DNA from: an uncultured Gammaproteobacteria bacterium
GTDB taxonomy: Bacteria; Patescibacteriota; Patescibacteriia; Patescibacteriales; UBA12465
Length of the DNA: 64,000 nt
Reading direction: 5' to 3'
Assembly (NCBI GenBank): GCA_964517555.1
Contig: CAZFEF010000001.1
Span: forward strand, 56,598-120,597
In this document: positions 1 to 9,262 of the stretch, in pieces
How the letters are laid out: each line of letters begins with the position of its first letter
Position numbering within the stretch: the stretch's first letter is position 1
The notes under the pieces: model-generated
Database searches by the model: none
Seen by the model: only the letters and a program-made list of their open reading frames with translations
What the model was told of the DNA's origin: nothing
Program-made: the position numbers and the translations under genes

Positions 1-1
1 G

Positions 2-121
2 ATAATTTCTCCTAGTAGCCATGATTTAAATTCCGTAGCTAATTTGGCCTTATTATCCCATACAATTCCCTATGAAGTTTTAGTGCGTATTCAAGCTAAT
101 ATTCACCGTGAGATAACGTAA
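2..121 (+). CDS. 3' end of an unidentified upstream gene (partial, start lies before the window)
   Basis: Open frame from the window edge to TAA at 119-121 (…IQANIHREIT*). Too short to assign a function. Confidence 0.3.
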   Translation: MISPSSHDLNSVANLALLSHTIPYEVLVRIQANIHREIT

Positions 122-134
122 TAAAAATAGAATT

Positions 135-1043
135 ATGTCAAGAAGGGGAGGGCAGTCACATCATAATAGGGTAAGGAAGGACTATTCGCGGCGACAGCTG
201 GAAAACCCCTTCTATCGCCAAAATAAAGCCAACCAGGACCATTCTCGTCGACTGGGTAAGATTGTTATCTATTTGATTATATTGTTTTTGGTTGTTGCTA
301 TTTGGTTCTTTCTGGCTTCGCCAGTGTTTAATTTGAAGCAGATAAAAGTCATTGGTGCCAACCGAGTGAATTCGGCCGAGATCGAACAAGCCATTTGGAG
401 CCAGGCTGATAGTCGAGTTTTGGGTGTTTTTTCCCAGCATAATTTTTGGCTGTTTAAAAGAGAACTGGCCGCTGAAGCTATTCAAGAACGCTATCATCTA
501 GCCAGTATCAGCGTCCATCGGCGATTATTCCATACATTAGAGGTTAAGATTCAGGAGCGTGATTATGTTTTTATTTGGCAAGAAGACGGCCGACGTTATT
601 ATCTAGATGCCGGCGGCAATATAGTTGATGAGATTTATACTACGCCAGAGCTAACGATTATTAGCCTAGAGGCCTCCAGTACCGCTTCTAGTACCGCGCC
701 TTTGCCATCTCCGTCTAGTGATTATCCTTTAATTGATAATCAAAGCGGGACTAAGATTCAAAATGATCAGGTTGACGTCAGTACTGAATATCTTAACTGC
801 GCTCTAAAGCTTTATCAGGACCTAAGAGCCTATGATCAAAGTCTATTTGATTTCTTTATTATTGATCAGGAGTATGATACCTTCAAACTGCGGTTAAAAA
901 ATGGGGTTTTGGTCTATTTTAATCCTCAAGAGGACTGCGATAAACAAATTCGTAATTTAATGGTATTATTAAAGGGTGAGTATCGAGATAAGATTAGACA
1001 GAAAATTGACCTCCGTTACGGCGATAAGATTTTTTATGAATAA
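135..1043 (+). CDS. ftsQ: FtsQ/DivIB-like cell-division protein
   Basis: N-terminal basic region, one TM helix (IVIYLIILFLVVAIWFFLA), then a POTRA-like segment (FNLKQIKVIGANRVNSAEIEQAIW). The layout is typical of FtsQ/DivIB. Confidence 0.55.
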   Translation: MSRRGGQSHHNRVRKDYSRRQLENPFYRQNKANQDHSRRLGKIVIYLIILFLVVAIWFFLASPVFNLKQIKVIGANRVNSAEIEQAIWSQADSRVLGVFSQHNFWLFKRELAAEAIQERYHLASISVHRRLFHTLEVKIQERDYVFIWQEDGRRYYLDAGGNIVDEIYTTPELTIISLEASSTASSTAPLPSPSSDYPLIDNQSGTKIQNDQVDVSTEYLNCALKLYQDLRAYDQSLFDFFIIDQEYDTFKLRLKNGVLVYFNPQEDCDKQIRNLMVLLKGEYRDKIRQKIDLRYGDKIFYE

Positions 1044-1351
1044 TTAATTATAGCTTAAAAGATATGAACAGTGAAAAATTATTTAAATTTGTTTTCGGGT
1101 TAGCAGTTTTTATTTTTTGTTTAGTGGTAGTTGGCATCTTTTTAATTCTTATTAAGATTATTCTGCTATTTACGCCTGAAGTCCATTTAATGGGTTTAAC
1201 CATGATTCAATAGCCCTTGAGCCTAAACCCCCTATATAAGGTGTATTAATATACATTATGCGAAGTATATGATAGGGGTAAATCGTCAGCTTTTTATTCT
1301 CCCCCAATACAAAAGGACTCTGATTTGAGTCCTTTGTTGTAGGGGGATTCC

Positions 1352-1654
1352 CTAAGATATTTGCCGCAGTTTATTTTTTATCGTCTGCAGCTCCAGTAAG
1401 CCCAGTGGTTTTACTCTAGCCCTCTGGAGAATGCTTTTGATTTCTTCGCAAACCATGGAAGTCCCTGCCCTTTTTTCCGAGATTTTCCCCAGGGCATCAA
1501 ACATACCTCGCCAGTCAACCAGGTCAATGTGGGTTGTTTTCATTTGGCCCGATGAATCACTGGTTGTTATTTTCATGGTTTTTTCGTCAAATACCTCCAT
1601 GAAGGTTATTTCGTTTATTAATTTGCTTACATATTCTGCAATATTATGTCTCAT
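1352..1654 (-). CDS. hypothetical protein (100 aa)
   Basis: Clean 100-aa ORF. The overlapping + strand ORF 1431..1685 looks less protein-like. No recognizable motif. Confidence 0.35.
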   Translation of the reverse strand: MRHNIAEYVSKLINEITFMEVFDEKTMKITTSDSSGQMKTTHIDLVDWRGMFDALGKISEKRAGTSMVCEEIKSILQRARVKPLGLLELQTIKNKLRQIS

Positions 1655-1788
1655 TGCTTGTTCCTCCCGTCATTTCTTAGTGTAAATGATACGTTAATTA
1701 TTGGCTTTTTATATTAACATACTAGCATAAATATGTCAATACCTGGTATTTTCTGGGGGTTTATTGATATTTTTGCTATAATAGGAAT

Positions 1789-2745
1789 ATGGCTAATCAA
1801 AAACCGATAATTAAATATCTAGTTGATTTCTTGGACTATTGTGAAATCGAGAAAGGGCTTTCGGTTAAAACCCAAGAGAACTATAGTCGTTTTTTGAATA
1901 AGTTTTTTAAATGGTTAGTTAGCAGCCAGCTCTCTTCCCTGCTGCCCCAAGATTTGACCGAGGATCATATCTGGAAGTATCGAATCTTTCTTTCTCGTTT
2001 TGTTGATCCAGTGAATAAGAAACTATTAAAAAAAAGCACACAGAACTATTACCTAATTGCCCTTCGCAGCCTACTGGAGTTTTTTGTGGAAAAAAATATC
2101 GCTTCCCTGCCGCCGTCTAAAGTTAAGTTAGCCAAGGATCGATCTGAAAGGGAGATAAAGTTCTTAAAACTGGATCAGCTGAAAAAATTATTAGCCGCTC
2201 CTCAAGGTGATAGTTTGGCCGCGTGGCGCGATCGGGCTATTTTAGAAACCTTTTTTTCCACTGGTTTTCGTGTCTCCGAATTAGCTAAATTGAATCGGGA
2301 AAATCTGCGTTTTCGGGAAAATACAGTTGATTTTGAACTAACTATCGTTGGCAAAGGATCTAAGGTCAGAACTGTCTATTTTTCTGAGCGAGCCGTTAAA
2401 ACTCTTAAAACCTATTTGGCCAAGCGTGACGATTTAGATCCAGCCGCCTTCGTTAATTATCGCCCTGGAGCTAGCAAAAGTGATAACGATCGTCGTTTGA
2501 GCGTCAAAAGCATCGAATCAGTGGTCAAGAAGTATGTTAAGATCGCCGGTTTGCCGGTTAACGCTACTCCACATACCTTACGCCATTCTTTTGCCACCGA
2601 TCTCTTGTCCCAGGGAGTGGACTTGCGTCTGGTCCAAGAGTTTTTGGGACATAAGAATATTGCCACCACTCAAATCTATACCCATGTCACTAACAAGCAA
2701 TTACGGGATATTCACCAGAAGGTGCATTCGCAACATGATTTTTAA
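1789..2745 (+). CDS. xerC: tyrosine site-specific recombinase XerC/XerD family
   Basis: C-terminal catalytic signature HTLRHSFATDLLSQGVDLRLVQEFLGHKNIATTQIYTHV (R…HxxR…Y). N-terminal SAM-like core-binding domain. AGGA RBS 4 nt upstream of the ATG. Confidence 0.85.
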   Translation: MANQKPIIKYLVDFLDYCEIEKGLSVKTQENYSRFLNKFFKWLVSSQLSSLLPQDLTEDHIWKYRIFLSRFVDPVNKKLLKKSTQNYYLIALRSLLEFFVEKNIASLPPSKVKLAKDRSEREIKFLKLDQLKKLLAAPQGDSLAAWRDRAILETFFSTGFRVSELAKLNRENLRFRENTVDFELTIVGKGSKVRTVYFSERAVKTLKTYLAKRDDLDPAAFVNYRPGASKSDNDRRLSVKSIESVVKKYVKIAGLPVNATPHTLRHSFATDLLSQGVDLRLVQEFLGHKNIATTQIYTHVTNKQLRDIHQKVHSQHDF

Positions 2746-2805
2746 TTAGGGTATACAAAAATAAAAGAACCGAAGTAATTCGATTCTTTTATTATCTAAA
2801 TTAGA

Positions 2806-4032
2806 TTATGGTAGATAGTCTAAGGGGTTAACCGGCAGACCATTGGAGCGGACTTCAAAGTGGAGATGTGGCCCAGTACAAAACGGTCCTGATCCGGGTG
2901 AGCCCGGGATACCGCCGGTTCGACCAATGGTTTGTCCTTGGACCACGTAGTCATCGGCTTTAACATTGACACTAGAGACGTGACCATAGACAGTGGATAG
3001 GCCGTTGGCGTGTACGATCATAATATAGGCGTAGCTTTTGGAGCCATCAAACTTTACTCGAGCCACATAACCATCGGCGGCGGCTTTTAATACCGAACCT
3101 TGACCAGCCCTGATGTCGACGCCGGAGTGCTCACCAATAGAGCGGCGATAAGGATATTCTGGATCATGGAAAGTGGCGGAAATATAGTTTTTGGTTACTG
3201 GCCAGATAAAGCCATCATAGGTTAGCTTATTGCCATTTTTTAGCTTAGCCAGCTTATCGCGCATGGTTTTCTCCATATTAGAGATATCGGCCTCGGCTTG
3301 CTGTTGTTCTCTTTTGGCTTGCTGCAACATTAATTGATATTGTTTTTCTGACTGTCTAGTTTCCTGTAGGACGTAGTTCTTGTTTTGCTGTTCACCCTCT
3401 AAGGCTAATCTTTGTTCGTCTAAAACCGCCTTTAATTTATTCAACTCAGCTTGCTTCTCGGACATTATTTTCTGATCAGCTTCCAATTTGGCCTTGATTT
3501 GCTCCAGCTCCTCAACGCTGCTTAGTATCTCTTCATTGGTATTTTGCAAGTATTTTAATTGATTGATGAAGTCAGACAAAGAATCGTTGAGGAGCAAAAC
3601 TTCTAGAGTAGAAATTTGGTCCTGCTTGTACATCAATTTTAAAAGACTGGCGATTTTTTCCTTATTCTGACTAATAGCCTCATCCTTGCTCTGGATATCG
3701 ATGGTTATTTTTTTTATCTCCAAATTAGTCTTGTCAATCTCTAGCTCAGTGGATTCAATTTCTAAATTAGCTTTTTCCAAGCGATCAGTGATAATGCTTA
3801 GTTCATTATTTAGAGTGTTCCGCTCCTGTTGTTTTTGGTTAATAGCTTCTAAATATTTAGCTTGCTTGTCTTGGATTTCTCCGATTCTTTGTTTCTGGGA
3901 AGATATCTTGTCGTTTAATGATTTGATCTGTTCGTTGATCTCCTCCTCGTATCCGCCCCAAGCAAAATTAGCCTGGTTGAGAGCCAGTCCGGAAACAATG
4001 ATTAAGACGATAATTTTGAGATATTTAGGCAT
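2806..4032 (-). CDS. M23/LytM-family metallopeptidase with long N-terminal coiled coil (EnvC-like)
   Basis: Signal/TM at the N-terminus, about 250 aa of heptad-rich coiled coil, then C-terminal M23 motifs (HSGVDIRAGQGSVLKAAADGYV … HLHFEV). Confidence 0.8.
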   Translation of the reverse strand: MPKYLKIIVLIIVSGLALNQANFAWGGYEEEINEQIKSLNDKISSQKQRIGEIQDKQAKYLEAINQKQQERNTLNNELSIITDRLEKANLEIESTELEIDKTNLEIKKITIDIQSKDEAISQNKEKIASLLKLMYKQDQISTLEVLLLNDSLSDFINQLKYLQNTNEEILSSVEELEQIKAKLEADQKIMSEKQAELNKLKAVLDEQRLALEGEQQNKNYVLQETRQSEKQYQLMLQQAKREQQQAEADISNMEKTMRDKLAKLKNGNKLTYDGFIWPVTKNYISATFHDPEYPYRRSIGEHSGVDIRAGQGSVLKAAADGYVARVKFDGSKSYAYIMIVHANGLSTVYGHVSSVNVKADDYVVQGQTIGRTGGIPGSPGSGPFCTGPHLHFEVRSNGLPVNPLDYLP

Positions 4033-4071
4033 ATAAAATACTATAACATATTTTATATATTTTGTAAAATA

Positions 4072-5616
4072 TTATTTATTAATAGCCAATTTAATGCGCT
4101 TGATAGACTCTTCCCTACCTAAGGCCCAGGCGATTTCTGCTGGCCCCGGACTATTTTTTTGTCCGCTTAAAGCTATTCTTAGTGGCCAGAGATATTCTCC
4201 GGTGGGTAACCCTTCCCTTTTTGTCCTTTCCATAATTTCCTCTTCCAAATTGTCTCTGTTCCAATCAGTCTCCGGTATTTTCTCTAAGAGATCAGCAAAA
4301 TATTGTAGATGATTTTTGGCTTCATCCATGGTCATATTTTTCCAGATGAGCAATTCTCGATCATACTCCGGTTCATCCACGAAAAGAAAATGGCTCAACC
4401 CCGGTATTTCCATTAATGTTTTAAGCCTTTCTTGGGAGAGACTAATGATTTTCTCTAATTGTCCCCAGGTAATTTTCTGGCCATTTAAGCGATTAGTATA
4501 ACTCTTGACCATGGAGCGTTTAGGAAAAAATATTTTCCAAAATGATCCGCATTTTTCTTTGATGATTTTGGTTTCTATCAAATACGGCAGACAGAGCTTG
4601 GTTAGTTCGGTGATATTCTTTTGTCGCAGATAATAGCCGTTAAAATAATTAAGCTTATCCAAATCAAAGACTGCTGGCGATGCGCCCAGCCCTTTAATGG
4701 TAAAGATTTTTTTTAATTCCTCCAAATTAAAGAGCTCGTCATTTTTTTCAGTTTCTGGTCGCCAACCGAGTAGAGCGCAGAAGTTTATCAAAGCTTCGGG
4801 CAGGTAGCCTTTTTTTTGATAATCTTCCACAAACACATCCCCCTGACGTTTGCTTAATTTGCCGCCGGTTTTATTTAGGATTAAAGGGAAATGAATAAAT
4901 TTTGGCGGAGTCCAACCAAAGGCCTGATAGAGTAAGATGTTCTTAGGGAACGAAGGTAGCCATTCATCGCCACGGGTGACATGAGAAATGGCCATTAAAT
5001 GATCATCGACTACGCTGGCGAATTGATAAGTTGGGATGCCGTCGGATTTTATTAGAACGTGATCTTCGAGATCGGTGGCGGCAAATTTAATCTCCCCACG
5101 TAATTCATCATGGACTAAAACCTCGCCCTCTAAAGGCATTTTTTGCCTAATAACATAAGGATCGTGGTTATCGAGGTGCTCTTTAATTTCTGCTTCACTT
5201 AAATCACGACAACGACGATCGTAGCGGGGCGCCTGCTGATTTTTCTGTTGTTCCTGACGCATAGCCTCTAACCTAGTGGCCGAGCAAAAACAACGATAGG
5301 CTTTATTGTCTGCTAATAGCTTTTCACAGTGCTCCTGGTAGATTTTTAATCTCTGAGTTTGGATATAAGGACCATATTCCCCGCCCTGTTGCGGCCCCTC
5401 GTCGAAATTTATTCCGGCCCAACTGGTTACTTGCAGCAGTTTCTCTACCGCCCCCTTGGTTTCTCTTTTTTGATCGGTGTCTTCGATTCTTAAAATAAAT
5501 TTTCCTCCCTGGCTACAGGCGATGAGGTAACCAAAAAGAGCCGTACGTAGATTGCCGACGTGCAAGAATCCAGTGGGTGAAGGAGCGAAACGCAAGCGAA
5601 CGTTTTTATCATTCAT
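4072..5616 (-). CDS. gltX: glutamyl-tRNA synthetase
   Basis: Class I HIGH motif (PSPTGFLHVGN) at the N-terminus and KMSKS-type motif (KLSKRQG), with GluRS-like overall length and order. Confidence 0.85.
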   Translation of the reverse strand: MNDKNVRLRFAPSPTGFLHVGNLRTALFGYLIACSQGGKFILRIEDTDQKRETKGAVEKLLQVTSWAGINFDEGPQQGGEYGPYIQTQRLKIYQEHCEKLLADNKAYRCFCSATRLEAMRQEQQKNQQAPRYDRRCRDLSEAEIKEHLDNHDPYVIRQKMPLEGEVLVHDELRGEIKFAATDLEDHVLIKSDGIPTYQFASVVDDHLMAISHVTRGDEWLPSFPKNILLYQAFGWTPPKFIHFPLILNKTGGKLSKRQGDVFVEDYQKKGYLPEALINFCALLGWRPETEKNDELFNLEELKKIFTIKGLGASPAVFDLDKLNYFNGYYLRQKNITELTKLCLPYLIETKIIKEKCGSFWKIFFPKRSMVKSYTNRLNGQKITWGQLEKIISLSQERLKTLMEIPGLSHFLFVDEPEYDRELLIWKNMTMDEAKNHLQYFADLLEKIPETDWNRDNLEEEIMERTKREGLPTGEYLWPLRIALSGQKNSPGPAEIAWALGREESIKRIKLAINK

Positions 5617-5620
5617 ATAA

Positions 5621-6790
5621 TTAGATAATTTCTTTTAACTTGTTTAAGAATATTTCAGCTGAAGGTCGGCGAAGTGGATGAATGAAGTCTAAGGCTTCTT
5701 CTAAATTAATCCAGCGATAGGCTGAGTGGTCCCAAAAATTTATTTTTATATCTTGATCTTGGCCTTCAAATTCAGCGATTACTAGGGCTTGCTTTTGCCC
5801 CTTATAGCCGGTATGTCGTTGGTTGGGAAACTTTCCCATCTCAGAATCAAATTGATAGCGATAAAGGAAGTCATAGACGGCCATCACTTTGAACTTATTA
5901 TTTCCGATCTCTTCTGTCATTTCTTTAATACCAGCAGTTTTGATATCTAATCCATCGGTTCCTCCTTGGGGAAATTGCCAGTGTCCAGGGTTTAAGGTTC
6001 TCTCCACCATCAGTACCTGATAGTTGTCGGCTTTTCGGCGATAAAGCACGCAGGCAACGTTAGGACGATATTTTAGAGGTTGAATAAAACGAGATTTGAT
6101 AACTTCTAGCGGGAAGATTATAAAAGCTCGATAAATTCTTTTAAAGCGTCGCGGCTGCTTAATCAACCGCCAGAGCCATTCAAAACCAATAGAGCGTATT
6201 GGTCGAGGGGCGCGTTTGGCTTTTTTAGTCAAAAAATCTAAGGCCCCACCGATGCCAATGGCCACCTTTAGCCCTGGTATCTTTTGATAATTATGGAAGA
6301 TAAATTTTTCTTGATATGGTGCGCCTAGGGCTACTAGAATAATATCTGCTGTCGGTAATTTTTCCGTTTCTTCTTTGCGTCCTATTTCTTTGATAATAAA
6401 ATTAAGTCGAGGATATTTTTGTCGAATTATTTTTTCGATATCGGCCGCTCGAGATAATCCCTGACTCCAGGGTAGAAAAAGCACTGTTTTGTTTTTGTTT
6501 TCAGCCAGCTTTAATATCGGATTAACTAGGTCTGCTCCGGTGACTCGAGGCAGGCGACGGCCATAGAGCCAGGCGGCGAATTTTAAACCGATGCCATCGG
6601 CCAAGGATAGATCCGCTCGATTTAATATATAGAACAATTCTTCATCGTGGTTTCTAGTGGCTTCTAAAAGTATCTCTGGATTGGGAGTAACCAGAAAATG
6701 GGGCTTGGCTTCTTCTAGCCAAACCTCAATTTTTTGCATTACTTCCTTTTGATTACAACCCGAAAGGGTGATGCCGAAAAGGTTAACCAT
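5621..6790 (-). CDS. WecB/TagA/CpsF-family glycosyltransferase fused to a C-terminal Nudix hydrolase domain
   Basis: N-terminal about 250 aa carries WecB/TagA hallmarks (LGAPYQEKFIF, GIGGALDF). C-terminal about 130 aa is Nudix-like (VLMVERT…PGHWQFPQGG…IKEMTEEIG). Confidence 0.6.
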   Translation of the reverse strand: MVNLFGITLSGCNQKEVMQKIEVWLEEAKPHFLVTPNPEILLEATRNHDEELFYILNRADLSLADGIGLKFAAWLYGRRLPRVTGADLVNPILKLAENKNKTVLFLPWSQGLSRAADIEKIIRQKYPRLNFIIKEIGRKEETEKLPTADIILVALGAPYQEKFIFHNYQKIPGLKVAIGIGGALDFLTKKAKRAPRPIRSIGFEWLWRLIKQPRRFKRIYRAFIIFPLEVIKSRFIQPLKYRPNVACVLYRRKADNYQVLMVERTLNPGHWQFPQGGTDGLDIKTAGIKEMTEEIGNNKFKVMAVYDFLYRYQFDSEMGKFPNQRHTGYKGQKQALVIAEFEGQDQDIKINFWDHSAYRWINLEEALDFIHPLRRPSAEIFLNKLKEII

Positions 6791-6909
6791 ATAGCTTAAT
6801 TATATAATACCGACAGGTTTTGGCAACTGGTATAACTATTTCCCTGTCTTGGCAAATTATGTTATAATAAAAGCAGCTAATTGACTTAATTATTAAGCCA
6901 AGAATTATT

Positions 6910-7872
6910 ATGCCTCAGTACAAAAAAATATCAGATCACATTTCCCAAATTGTCATCAATAATCCTAAAAACAAAGGTAGTCTAAAGTGGGTTAACATTA
7001 GTAATGCTGGTAAAAAGGAGCTTGATTATCTAAAGAAGAATTTTGATTTCAATTTAGCCCATTTGAAGGCCTCGATCTCTACAGTTTTTTCTCAACGACC
7101 GATGATTTCCGAAGAGAAAGGTTATTTTTTTATGATTTTGCATTTTCCGATTTATCATAATGGTTTAGTGATGGCTGCGGAAATTGATTTTTTTATCAGT
7201 CATGGCTATTTAATTACTGTTCACAATCGCAACATACCGGCGCTCAATATCTTTTTTGAAAGATGTAAAACCGATGCCTCTTCCCTCTTGGTTTATAACT
7301 GGGAGTCATCCATTATTTTGCTTTATGAAATTTTAGAGAGATTGATCAATGATTGCTACGTCTTAATCGATCGCAACAGTGTGGGCATCGCCAGGGTTGA
7401 AGATTTAATTTTTTCCCGTCGTCAAAAAGAGGCTGTTACCCTAACTCTTAATTTACGTCGCAATATCATTAATCTGCGCAAGATATTGCAGAATCATCAA
7501 GATATATTAGGTCGTCTGACTTTGGTTAAAAGCAGCTTAGTTCCTCAGGCTCATATTCGCAAACACTATGACAAACTAGTTGAACATTCCAAAAAAATCT
7601 GGACTACCTTAGACAATCAAAAAGAAATGATTGAAGTTTTAAATAATACAAATGAGTCGTTGTTAAATGATCAGATGACTAACATTATGAAGACTTTAAC
7701 AATTTTTTCGGTGATCGTTTTCCCTTTAACATTATTAGCGGCTATATTTGGCATGAACGCTAAATATATGCCTTTTGTAGAACATCCTTATGGTTTTTGG
7801 GTGATTATCGTTATTATGCTTATTTGTTCGGCGGGGATGTTGGTTTTTTTTCGAAGAAAGCACTGGGTATAG
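6910..7872 (+). CDS. corA: CorA-family Mg2+/Co2+ transporter
   Basis: C-terminal two-TM region with the diagnostic GMN motif (AAIFGMNAKYMPF) after a soluble N-terminal domain. Confidence 0.85.
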   Translation: MPQYKKISDHISQIVINNPKNKGSLKWVNISNAGKKELDYLKKNFDFNLAHLKASISTVFSQRPMISEEKGYFFMILHFPIYHNGLVMAAEIDFFISHGYLITVHNRNIPALNIFFERCKTDASSLLVYNWESSIILLYEILERLINDCYVLIDRNSVGIARVEDLIFSRRQKEAVTLTLNLRRNIINLRKILQNHQDILGRLTLVKSSLVPQAHIRKHYDKLVEHSKKIWTTLDNQKEMIEVLNNTNESLLNDQMTNIMKTLTIFSVIVFPLTLLAAIFGMNAKYMPFVEHPYGFWVIIVIMLICSAGMLVFFRRKHWV

Positions 7873-7935
7873 TTTTTTTATTTAGATAGATAAAATAGTC
7901 CAGAAAATGGGCTATTTTTTGTTTTCTAATTTATA

Positions 7936-7964
7936 TTGACATAAACGATTAAACGTGATATACT
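7936..7964 (+). promoter_or_regulatory. sigma70-like promoter (TTGACA-17-TGaTATACT) upstream of the GT4 gene
   Basis: TTGACA at 7936-7941, 17-nt spacer, extended -10 TGaTATACT at 7956-7964, 20 nt upstream of the ATG at 7984. Confidence 0.5.
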
Positions 7965-7983
7965 ATGGAGTTAGTAAAACTAT

Positions 7984-9093
7984 ATGAAAATTGCTTTAAT
8001 TGGACAAAAAGGTATCCCCTTAAACCATGGCGGCGGCGTGGAAAAACACGTTGAGAACTTAGCCGTTAGATTAGTGGAATTAGGCCATGAGGTTTTGGTG
8101 TATACTCGTCATAACTATACTGACAAGAGACTGAAAGAATACAAAGGCGTAAAGATTATCAGTCTGCCCAGTATTAATTCTAAAAACTTGGATGCTATCA
8201 CCCATACTTTTTTGGCTTGTATTGATGTTATTTTCCGTAAGGTAGATGTGGTTCACTTCCATTCGATTGGGCCTTCTTCTCTGCTGTGGCTAGTGCGTTT
8301 GTTTAGACCCAAGACTCCGGTCTTGGCCACTTTTCACAGTCAATGTTATTTCAACGAGAAATGGGGACGCTTCGCCAAATGGTATTTGCGTTTAGGTGAA
8401 TTTATGGCTTGTCGAGTGGCTACTCAGTTGATTGTCGTTTCTAAGTCTTTAGAGAATTATGTTGGCAAAAAATACAACAATCCTCGCATGGTTTATATCC
8501 CTAATGGTGTAAATACCCCTGATATCCTTGAGGCTCAAGAGATTAGGACTCGTTGGGGCTTGGAAAAAAATAGTTATATCTTAAACTTGGGGCGCTTGGT
8601 AAAAAACAAAGGAATTGAATATCTAATTTCCGCTTTTAAGAAAACCCAAACTGACAAGAAGCTAGTTATTACCGGGGATGGTCCGATTTTGGAAGAATTG
8701 AAAACCTTAGCTGGCGATGATCGTCGTATTATTTTTACCGGTAGCCACACTGGCCAAGTTTTTGGTGAATTATTCTCTAACGCTTTATTGTTTGTCCAGC
8801 CTTCCGAATCAGAAGGTCTGTCTATTTCTCTATTGGAAGCTATGTCCTATGGTCTTCCCTGTTTGGTTAGTGATATTCCGGCTAACGTTGAGGTGGTGGA
8901 AAATTCAGCTTTGATTTTTAAAAGCCAGGACGAAAATGACTTATTGGCCAAATTAAATTTGGCTTTAGATAATCCGGAACTCTTACAGAGAAACCGAGAA
9001 CAAATGCTGACTTTGGTCAAGCAAAAGTACTATTGGCCTGACCTGGTCGACCAAATTGTCTCGGTCTATCAAAAATCTACTAAAAAAGCTTAA
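7984..9093 (+). CDS. GT4-family (GT-B) glycosyltransferase
   Basis: C-terminal EX7E-type motif region (SESEGLSISLLEAMSYGLPCLVSD) and N-terminal GT-B fold signature. Confidence 0.8.
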   Translation: MKIALIGQKGIPLNHGGGVEKHVENLAVRLVELGHEVLVYTRHNYTDKRLKEYKGVKIISLPSINSKNLDAITHTFLACIDVIFRKVDVVHFHSIGPSSLLWLVRLFRPKTPVLATFHSQCYFNEKWGRFAKWYLRLGEFMACRVATQLIVVSKSLENYVGKKYNNPRMVYIPNGVNTPDILEAQEIRTRWGLEKNSYILNLGRLVKNKGIEYLISAFKKTQTDKKLVITGDGPILEELKTLAGDDRRIIFTGSHTGQVFGELFSNALLFVQPSESEGLSISLLEAMSYGLPCLVSDIPANVEVVENSALIFKSQDENDLLAKLNLALDNPELLQRNREQMLTLVKQKYYWPDLVDQIVSVYQKSTKKA

Positions 9094-9262
9094 AATACGG
9101 GGATTACTTCTAGCACTTGACATAATTACTAAAATTATATAAAGTGTTGAGTCAGATAATCCCCCGCTTTAGTTTTTAGCTTATATTGCCTGAATATTAA
9201 AGCGGGAGATTGTCTCTTCGGTCTTTTACAATTCACAGTATATTAACCAAATCCTTTCAACA

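Noticed and set aside
1431-1685. + strand 84-aa ORF overlapping the minus-strand ORF 1352..1654
   Set aside because: Only one of the two can be real. The minus-strand product looks like a soluble folded protein, while the + strand product is low-complexity and hydrophobic. Neither has homology support visible from the sequence alone.
9117-9145. TTGACA-17-TAAAGT promoter-like sequence upstream of lipoprotein gene 1
   Set aside because: The -35 is perfect but the -10 is weak (TAAAGT / ATAAAG). It is left as an unscored possibility and not listed as a feature.
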